Positions 56,728 to 64,000 of a stretch of DNA of 64,000 nt are shown piece after piece; positions within the stretch are counted from its first letter, which is position 1, and each line of letters starts with the position of its first letter. The translations under genes and the position numbers were made by a program. Where the stretch lies: positions 28,727-92,726 of IMG/VR virus record IMGVR_UViG_3300005077_000936. One strand, 5' to 3'. The notes beneath the pieces are model-generated. The model ran no database searches. It saw only the letters and a list, made by a program, of their open reading frames with translations, and was not told the DNA's origin. The DNA is from a virus.

Positions 56728-59700
56728 TTATCTTAATGAGGGTTGTTCATTTTCAAATGTATAGTTCACAATGAGCTTCACTGATTGGTCATCTCCTTCC
56801 TCTACAAAGTTAGTATAAATTAACCTGATCTGTAGATACTTTCCTCTTAAACTTTCAAGTTCAGTCCAATCTTTGGCTATATTGATTGCAGCACTATTCA
56901 CAAGCTTATCAATAAAGTAGTCATCTTTAATAGCAGCCCAATCTGTTGTGAACAGTGGTACAGTATAGTCATCCACAAAATCTCTCAGGTCACTGATACT
57001 CCATGTACCTTCAGTATTTTTTGCTGTTACACGTTCATTATCATCCTGAATAGTGGCTATCATTAACTGTTCAGCATCATACATATCAGTTGTTATTATC
57101 TCCTGAAGTCCAGTAGATTGCCTATTATTATAGGCAATAAGCCACTTAAAGAATAATGTATTGTTATGAATGAATGAGTCAGTACTGTCATCATATTTCT
57201 CTGCACTTACATGAAGGGAAATATTGTTCCATATTCTTTCCATCAAAGGATTAGAAAGTGAAACATAGTCAATGATGAATGGATATGTATCTGTATAGAA
57301 CTGAAGATAATTTCCCTTTATGTTATGTATATAAATGCTGTTAATATCCCTTGGAACAGAATAGAAATAATTATCAGCATTGATATAATAGCTTGGGAGA
57401 TAAGAGTGAAATGATACCCAACTATTAGTCTCCATTGAATAACTTATAGTCCAAGATAGATTCCTAAAATATTCAGGATCACCAAGATCTTTCTCATACG
57501 GATATATCACAAGTTCTCCTTCATCCTCTATTACTTCCACCCAGTAGAATTTATTCTCATTAATGCTATAAGCAAAGAATTCAACAGGGCCTTGAGCACC
57601 TTGTTCTATGAAAGCATCATAATCAGCAGGAGTTTCAAGAGGAAGAAAATCTATCTTGGTCACAAGAAGCCTCTTGAACCTACTGTCATATCCTGAATGA
57701 ATACCTACTCCCTGAATAAAAGAAGTATTTGCACTCATAGGATAATCTATTCCAAAGGTATATTTCATATACTTTGGAAACTGTAGCTCAAGATTATTCT
57801 GGAACCATTTAGACATTCCAGCATTGGAAATAACAGTAGCCTGATTATCATAAAGTACTACTTTCCTGTCATGTTCACTTACATATGCTATTCCAAAAGG
57901 TGTATTTATAGTGGCATCTTTATGTCTGCTACCCGGAAAGAAAGTCTTTCTTGGTGGTATAGCAAAGAACTCACCAGTACCTATAAAGCTTACAAGTTCC
58001 TGATTTACTCTTTCCTGTAAGTTTTGAGGAAGCATAAACAATCCTTCTTCAGTATGAATAAAGAGGTTCTCCTGTACCCTGAACATATTGGTAATGATAC
58101 CATGCTCCCCTTCAATATCCCTATAGTTATTGGGAAGGAATTTACGGAAATTATCAATCTTCTCTTCCTGATAGGATTGTTCAGAATACATTACCCTGTT
58201 TGGAAATGACTCAATAATGTCAGAACAGCATTCATACTCAATGGGAAGATAGTAGTGTAGCTTTTCATTATTAAGTCTTAGATAGTCTTTATTGATACTG
58301 TATATCTCAGCAAATGGATATCCTGCATAAAGCCTCCCACTGTTATTGTCCCTATCAATAATGGTAAACTTATCAGTAAGATATGATTCCATCTGTTCAG
58401 TTGTAAGGGTAGCTGTTGAACATGCATCTGTTGGAAGCTCAAGTTTCACACTTGGAGAATTGATAAAATCACTGCATGGTATAGTAGTTCCATTACGAAG
58501 CCCCATATTTACAGAAGACTGTATCCATATATTATCAATTCTATCAGTAAACCATTGAATAGCATCATCATCTTCTACACAACAAGTACCCCTCATATCA
58601 TTATAATAGTAGTCCTGATTATCATCATCAGTAAGAGTATTCTTAAGGCCAGCTTCATAATGAAGGTCAAACATATCCTTCATGGTCTCAAACTCAATAC
58701 CTGATATAGCCATAGAAATACCATATGCTGCAATAGCAATACCAAGAGGCGTAGCACCACCAAAAGAAGCAAATGATACAATTACACCTGCTACAACAAG
58801 CAATGCACCAACTACTATCTTCCATACTCTCTTCTTTTTGTTTCTATCAGCAAAATGAGTGTCCCAGTAAGTTGATGAACAGATAGTAGCAGGAGTAGTA
58901 TAAACATCACCAGCATAAATATCAGTACTTACATTTACATCACTATCCATGTAAATAGGATTTTCATGCTGCTTGATATATGGCCTGTTAATAAAGTTAG
59001 AATAAGCCTCTTCATTATTTTTTACAAGTGAAGCATAGAGCAACCTCTTACCATCTTCTATGTTAAGTTCTTCATCAAATATAGCAGAAGGATCAAGAAC
59101 AGGACTACCTTCCACATCATCATATTCAAGAATCATAATCTTATTATCTCCAGATGCATTATAGAGATATTGATTATTAGTTGCCCTCTTTGAACCTGCT
59201 GCACTTATATAATGTATATGATCAGGATCAGGAAGCTCAACTCCTTCAGGAATAACATTTGAATAATCAAAGTTTGTTGACCTGAATTGAACCTGAAGAG
59301 AGAACCCATCAGGATCCTCACCTTTTTCATAAGCAGAATTAAATGTGGTTCCGGGTCTTACATCATCAATATAAAGACCATAAAGACAGTGTTTCTTATT
59401 CTGAAGAGGAACACCATCACAATCATCACAAGGATTGGAAAGATCACTATATGCATGAAGATACCTATCATTTGGAATGTAACATCCCCTTATATAAATA
59501 CTGTCAAATGTTACTCTCTTATTCAAAAACTGATGTTCAGGAGAAAATACCCATACTGCTCTCTGTGATAGATTATACTTTTCTTCATCAACATCATTTA
59601 TTGTGGATACATTGGGAGACAATAATCCAAAAGAATGATATTCATTATCAATCACATCTTCACCATCAGGAATAGGAGTATTCAGCATGGGTCCAATAAT

Positions 59701-61677
59701 GACATTATCAGCTATAAGCTTATCATCATCAGTTCTCTCATTTCTTACTATCTTGTAAGCAACTACATCGGGATGAGGTTTTACAATTTCTCCAAACCTA
59801 ATTCCATAAGTATTAACAGTATATGTTGTCTTGGTGGTATAAACAGGAACAAAGTAATCAGTACTGTCAACTACTGTTATTGTGGTATAGTCTACTGGTC
59901 TTATATAAGACCCACCTTCAATCCATTCAAGCCAGAGGTCACTAACCATAGTTCCCTCAGGAAAAGTACCAAGTCCTATTTCAAGTACAGGGGCATTGCC
60001 TATCCAATATGCTCCTGTTAGTTTAATGGCATAAATACGGCTAACACCATTTATCTTATACCGAATATTACACCAATATTGCTCACCACTAACAAACTGA
60101 CTGGCACTGTAAGTTATCTTACACTTTGCTTCAACTTCCACTCCTGTTTGTATAGGAGTAGAAGTTTCACTGATAAGCTCTACAGTCTGGGGGAATTTAT
60201 GATGCCTTATAGGAGTATCAACAAGGTCATCATCCCAGTGATCTTCTCCCCAATATTCATTCTGCATACAGGTATGAACAGGAAGATACTTTGATTCAGT
60301 ACATCCATAATATTCCATTCCTGTAGAAGCAAGCAATGCTGCTTCATCAAGAGCTATTTCCTCAGGAGTATCTCCTCTTGCTGCTCTTCTTCCCGGAATA
60401 TGAAATACTGGAGATTCAGTACCATCATTGAAGATATAAACTATTCCAAAAGAGTATACTTCTCCCGGCATGTATCCTGTGACTGATCTTATAGGATTTT
60501 TAGGATTCCCTATTGCTTCAGCATTTTCAGCTTCTACTGAGAATACTCTTATCTGAGAAGTAATCCTTGATGCATAAGCCTGAAATCCACAGAAATCAAT
60601 CTGAGTCCCTTTTATTCCACCAAGAATAAGTCTATTCTCAAGTTGTACAATATGAGATGCAGTTTCAATATCAATCCTTCCAGCCTGTATATCACTGATG
60701 GGAGTTTCTGTATAGTCAGAATCATTGCCTGAATAGGAAAAAGTATTATTTCCTGCCTGTATCAAAGGAGATACAATTGCTTTATTTATATTTCCATCCC
60801 CTTTATTTGCTTGAAGAATAGCTATTCTATAGTATGTAAAAGAAGGATCAATATTGGCAATAGTCCACTTAATGCTTTTACTGGCATTGTTAAATGCAAA
60901 TACACCTTCAGTATTATTCATGCTTCCCCTTATCTTAGGAAACTCATTGCCAGAAGAGTCTTCATAGATATTTACAGGATTGGAGACAGTGATCCATTCT
61001 GTAGGATTAAGATTGTCATCAACAAGTTGTATAGCAGCAGAGTAACTTCCTGATGGAATGTTGCCACCTTCTACTACTTCACAGCTTATGAATTCAGGAA
61101 TTATATTATATTGTCTGATAAGATTAAACTTATCCGGATCCCAAAATTCACCTTCATATGTAGTTCCATCATCAATTGATTGTTGATATGCAGAGCTATA
61201 GAAATCATAAGGTCTTTCAAAGTTATAATACCTTGGTTTATTAAGTCCATCAACAAAGTAGATAACTCTTTCATTATTTCTTCTAAGCCTAAACTCACCA
61301 TATATCCTCTTCTCTTTTGAGAAGGAAAGAACATTGGTGTAGGAAGTAACATGATGAACAAGATATCCTGCTTTATCAAGAATTGCTATTGAACATACAT
61401 CTTCTTCAGTACCAAGAAGAAAGAGGACAATGTTATCATCCTGTAATTTGATAGATCCTATAACTCTACATTCATAAGTAGCATTCTGAAAATCAGTAAC
61501 TGTTAACTGTTCTATTACATCTGTTGAGTTTTCAGTAGAGAGAAAGCGACTATCACCCTCAAAGGTTTCAACAAGTCCATTAAGTGCAAACCTATAAGTA
61601 TCTTTAGGTTGGTCAACAGGAGATGTATCCTGAACCATTCCTTTGTAAATCCTTTGAGAATTATCTTGGCTTTCCAT
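56728..61677 (-). CDS. tail muzzle/stabilisation protein (P22 gp10 / T7 gp12-like position)
   Basis: KGMVQDTSPVDQPKDTYRFALN N-terminus; beta-rich; SWTISYS...WVSFHSY C-terminus. Confidence 0.75.
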   Translation of the reverse strand: MESQDNSQRIYKGMVQDTSPVDQPKDTYRFALNGLVETFEGDSRFLSTENSTDVIEQLTVTDFQNATYECRVIGSIKLQDDNIVLFLLGTEEDVCSIAILDKAGYLVHHVTSYTNVLSFSKEKRIYGEFRLRRNNERVIYFVDGLNKPRYYNFERPYDFYSSAYQQSIDDGTTYEGEFWDPDKFNLIRQYNIIPEFISCEVVEGGNIPSGSYSAAIQLVDDNLNPTEWITVSNPVNIYEDSSGNEFPKIRGSMNNTEGVFAFNNASKSIKWTIANIDPSFTYYRIAILQANKGDGNINKAIVSPLIQAGNNTFSYSGNDSDYTETPISDIQAGRIDIETASHIVQLENRLILGGIKGTQIDFCGFQAYASRITSQIRVFSVEAENAEAIGNPKNPIRSVTGYMPGEVYSFGIVYIFNDGTESPVFHIPGRRAARGDTPEEIALDEAALLASTGMEYYGCTESKYLPVHTCMQNEYWGEDHWDDDLVDTPIRHHKFPQTVELISETSTPIQTGVEVEAKCKITYSASQFVSGEQYWCNIRYKINGVSRIYAIKLTGAYWIGNAPVLEIGLGTFPEGTMVSDLWLEWIEGGSYIRPVDYTTITVVDSTDYFVPVYTTKTTYTVNTYGIRFGEIVKPHPDVVAYKIVRNERTDDDKLIADNVIIGPMLNTPIPDGEDVIDNEYHSFGLLSPNVSTINDVDEEKYNLSQRAVWVFSPEHQFLNKRVTFDSIYIRGCYIPNDRYLHAYSDLSNPCDDCDGVPLQNKKHCLYGLYIDDVRPGTTFNSAYEKGEDPDGFSLQVQFRSTNFDYSNVIPEGVELPDPDHIHYISAAGSKRATNNQYLYNASGDNKIMILEYDDVEGSPVLDPSAIFDEELNIEDGKRLLYASLVKNNEEAYSNFINRPYIKQHENPIYMDSDVNVSTDIYAGDVYTTPATICSSTYWDTHFADRNKKKRVWKIVVGALLVVAGVIVSFASFGGATPLGIAIAAYGISMAISGIEFETMKDMFDLHYEAGLKNTLTDDDNQDYYYNDMRGTCCVEDDDAIQWFTDRIDNIWIQSSVNMGLRNGTTIPCSDFINSPSVKLELPTDACSTATLTTEQMESYLTDKFTIIDRDNNSGRLYAGYPFAEIYSINKDYLRLNNEKLHYYLPIEYECCSDIIESFPNRVMYSEQSYQEEKIDNFRKFLPNNYRDIEGEHGIITNMFRVQENLFIHTEEGLFMLPQNLQERVNQELVSFIGTGEFFAIPPRKTFFPGSRHKDATINTPFGIAYVSEHDRKVVLYDNQATVISNAGMSKWFQNNLELQFPKYMKYTFGIDYPMSANTSFIQGVGIHSGYDSRFKRLLVTKIDFLPLETPADYDAFIEQGAQGPVEFFAYSINENKFYWVEVIEDEGELVIYPYEKDLGDPEYFRNLSWTISYSMETNSWVSFHSYLPSYYINADNYFYSVPRDINSIYIHNIKGNYLQFYTDTYPFIIDYVSLSNPLMERIWNNISLHVSAEKYDDSTDSFIHNNTLFFKWLIAYNNRQSTGLQEIITTDMYDAEQLMIATIQDDNERVTAKNTEGTWSISDLRDFVDDYTVPLFTTDWAAIKDDYFIDKLVNSAAINIAKDWTELESLRGKYLQIRLIYTNFVEEGDDQSVKLIVNYTFENEQPSLR

Positions 61678-62576
61678 TATATAAGCATATTACGGGGTTC
61701 AACATGAGCAAGGGTTCCGAAAAAGCCTTTATACTTGTTTCTTGGAAGAAGATAATTGCGTTGGTTGAGTAAGTTTTCCCACTCATCAATTGTCTGTGGC
61801 ATCTTCCCAAAGTTCTTTGCCTGCCTGCAATACCAATGCCAGTCAGCTTCTGCCTTCTGTAATTTTGCTTGGGCCCCTTCCCTACCTGCATAGAAATCCC
61901 TTTCATAGATCTTCATTGTTATGAATTTCACTATTGCAGTGATGTAAGAAATATTATCAGGAATCATAGGATATCCTGTATTGCAGTCAAACCTGTACTT
62001 GAGATAGCTTATGGCAACCTGACCTGTTTCAAAACTAAACCTCATAATGCTATCATCAATGATTCTGTATTCATCAGTACAGGTTGTATAGAGATCTTCA
62101 AAATCAGTCTGTTTACATACTATACTGTCAAAGAAACTATGAGTAGCAAGCCTTACAGGTGTAAATTTAAGGTTATACCTTTCACAAAGACCACCTATAT
62201 AATATTCACCAATAAGGTCAAAATAAGGTCTGTAGTAAGCAACATCATAAGCATTTACAGGCATACCAAGCTCATCTATTGCTACAGGAATATCACCATC
62301 TTCTTCTGTTGATTCAGAACTTGATGTAACATCAGATGTAGTAACAGAATATTCATTATTTCTTGCTACCTGTATAATGGTATGAAAATGCTTTGGAAGA
62401 GTGCACTGATGATTAGCTACTTCAATGAATGCAATAGCAGGCTGCAAAAAAGCAGATGCTCCCATAAACTCAAGAGCCTGTCCTGTCCATTCAATGATGT
62501 CCATCTCAGAGAGTCCTTCTCTGAGCAAGTCCCTGTTAATTTGGGAGAATATCCTGTCTATTGATACAAATTTCAT
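61677..62576 (-). CDS. tail ring (tubular) protein
   Basis: MKFVSIDRIF...DIIEWTGQAL...GYPMIPDN...WYCRQA; position upstream of the muzzle gene. Confidence 0.65.
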   Translation of the reverse strand: MKFVSIDRIFSQINRDLLREGLSEMDIIEWTGQALEFMGASAFLQPAIAFIEVANHQCTLPKHFHTIIQVARNNEYSVTTSDVTSSSESTEEDGDIPVAIDELGMPVNAYDVAYYRPYFDLIGEYYIGGLCERYNLKFTPVRLATHSFFDSIVCKQTDFEDLYTTCTDEYRIIDDSIMRFSFETGQVAISYLKYRFDCNTGYPMIPDNISYITAIVKFITMKIYERDFYAGREGAQAKLQKAEADWHWYCRQAKNFGKMPQTIDEWENLLNQRNYLLPRNKYKGFFGTLAHVEPRNMLI

Positions 62577-62833
62577 TTCTTTGAAGAATTAAATGAGTCA
62601 GCAAGTGATTTTTCAGGATCAAAGTCAAGTGGATTCTCACTGGAAAAGAACTTTTCTGTTTTCCATTGATACCCATTCTTTTTATCATGCCATTCAGTGT
62701 TCTTTGTGATAAGGAAACCATTCTCTATCTCTTCTACAGAAATTCTGATCTCTTTATCATCCTTTGTCCTCTTGGTAACTGATGTTACACGGGACTCACT
62801 TTTTGTTGCTTTTGCAGCCTTAAGATTTGACAT
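62573..62833 (-). CDS. hypothetical protein
   Basis: 86-aa ORF coupled to the ring gene. Confidence 0.7.
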   Translation of the reverse strand: MSNLKAAKATKSESRVTSVTKRTKDDKEIRISVEEIENGFLITKNTEWHDKKNGYQWKTEKFFSSENPLDFDPEKSLADSFNSSKK

Positions 62834-62843
62834 TGGTGTATGT

Positions 62844-63311
62844 TTAAAGAGTTATATATTCTCTTCCCTTATTAATAGCATTATGAACTTCCTGCTTGTT
62901 ATCTCTTGTGAGCCTGAACATATAAAAGTCTTTGTTTCTTATGTATACTTTCTGTTTTGTCCAGTGAAGCCTATATCTTACCCCATTGGTATGCTCATTA
63001 AAATAATAAACAAGTTCCTTCTGTTCTTTTGCTTTAGGATTGCTTTCCCATAGTTTTTTAGTTTCTTTCCAGTCAGGAGCAAGTCCTTTTACATATCCTG
63101 TATTGGGATCAATTCTTGGTTTTGTTTTTCTTCCTGCTATTACAAGCCTTCCCAATCTCTCAAAGAGAGAAACTTCTTCTCCTTCTATAAGCTTTCTAAA
63201 GAGGAATTTATTAAACTCTTCTGTAACAAGCTTGAAAATCCTTTCATTCTTTGGATTTTTTACCTCCCTGCGATACAGTTTATATGCATCTGTTATTCCA
63301 AGTGAACTCAT
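62844..63311 (-). CDS. IHF/HU-like protein of the crAss structural block
   Basis: FNKFL..KLIEGEEVSL.ERLGRLVIAGRK...N.HT.G..YR..W.K. Confidence 0.7.
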   Translation of the reverse strand: MSSLGITDAYKLYRREVKNPKNERIFKLVTEEFNKFLFRKLIEGEEVSLFERLGRLVIAGRKTKPRIDPNTGYVKGLAPDWKETKKLWESNPKAKEQKELVYYFNEHTNGVRYRLHWTKQKVYIRNKDFYMFRLTRDNKQEVHNAINKGREYITL

Positions 63312-64000
63312 CTTCTTTGCCTTTCTCTCATTCCTGAATTGTCAGTGGCATTATTTACAACATCCTCTACCATCTGTGCAAAAGCCATCACAAGTTCCTG
63401 ATGAGTAAGCTGTATCAATGTGTCAGCAAGTTCAGGGTCAACAGGAAATTCCTTATCAAGGGGGCTTATACAGTCTGTTACTGATTCACTATCACATACT
63501 GATGGAAAATCCATTGCTTCAGCAGGATCTCCAAATAATGCAGTAAGGGTGACTACTTCAAGAATTTTGTTGTATGTTATGTAAAGATGTTCATCCCTGA
63601 TGTAGAATACAGAAAGATTTGAAGTAAACTTATTTCCTTTCTGATTCTTAATTGCTTCCCATGATGATTCAGGAAAAATATAGCTTCCATCAAGGGTAGT
63701 AACAGACTGAATGAGATGTCTGTTAAGATCAGTAAGTACTCTTGGTATAGGATATACACTTTTAAGTACTTTACAGTTATCTGTTACAAGACATGGACAC
63801 TCATGAACAGGGGCAAGTTCAAGTTCAATACAAGGAAGTATCTGATAATTCCACTGATTGATTTTGACTTTTTCCTTTGCCTTCTGTGAGAGAAGCTTAC
63901 TTCTGACAGTAATCAGCTTGTTATAGATATGTCTTGAAGAAAGCCTTGTATCATCAGAGGCTGATCCTCTTGAATACAAGTTCTGTACCCGTTGAATTAT
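63308..64000 (-). CDS. tail ring/structural protein, 5' end outside the window
   Basis: The frame stays open to base 64000 (IIQRVQNLYSRG...), so 63979 is not the true start. Confidence 0.7.
   Translation of the reverse strand: MIQRVQNLYSRGSASDDTRLSSRHIYNKLITVRSKLLSQKAKEKVKINQWNYQILPCIELELAPVHECPCLVTDNCKVLKSVYPIPRVLTDLNRHLIQSVTTLDGSYIFPESSWEAIKNQKGNKFTSNLSVFYIRDEHLYITYNKILEVVTLTALFGDPAEAMDFPSVCDSESVTDCISPLDKEFPVDPELADTLIQLTHQELVMAFAQMVEDVVNNATDNSGMRERQRR

Noticed and set aside
109-63759. The many short ORFs in the track that are antisense to or nested in long genes
   Set aside because: They are shadows of strongly biased coding strands (Phe/Ser/Leu/Ile-rich, no motifs). Only 25806-26156 and 33614-33781 were kept as genuine opposite-strand or small genes.
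1-64000. Stop-codon reassignment (TAG or TGA), known in some crAss-like phages
   Set aside because: Genes in both blocks are full length in code 11; TAG and TGA end well-defined genes (e.g. 931, 12980, 21172); no suppressor tRNA is present.
1-64000. CRISPR array or long tandem repeats
   Set aside because: No regularly spaced direct repeats were seen by eye.

Overview
This is a 64-kb slice of an AT-rich, CpG-poor bacteriophage genome whose gene content and order match Crassvirales (crAss-like phages of Bacteroidota). No database search was run: all assignments come from motifs read directly in the sequence. The standard genetic code (table 11) fits throughout. Two convergent blocks meet at about 33.6-33.8 kb. 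The + block (1-33.65 kb) contains, in order: (1) an accessory island with an HNH nuclease, a vWA protein, a TROVE/Ro-like vWA protein surrounded by non-canonical tRNA-like RNAs and a structured RNA, HU, and a divergent adenylosuccinate-synthetase-like enzyme; (2) a replication module (PolB, SF2 helicase, DnaB-like helicase, AAA ATPase, SSB-like protein, primase, UDG); (3) a complete ubiquitin-like conjugation set (Ubl precursor, E2-like, JAB/MPN protease, ThiF/E1); (4) nucleases; (5) a tRNA-Arg gene split by an HNH cassette that carries a replacement tRNA-Arg; (6) a sigma-like factor, a secreted cadherin domain, glycosyltransferases and an FkbM methyltransferase, class II RNR and dUTPase. The - block (33.6-64 kb) holds virion genes: large ejected/cargo proteins, a 4,568-aa virion RNA polymerase (DYDIDK catalytic motif), a tail muzzle/stabilisation protein, ring proteins and an IHF-like protein. 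The strongest candidates for an undescribed system are the phage-encoded Ubl-E2-JAB-E1 operon, the Ro-like protein with its tRNA-mimic RNAs that share an ACTTACA motif, and the HNH plus tRNA replacement cassette.
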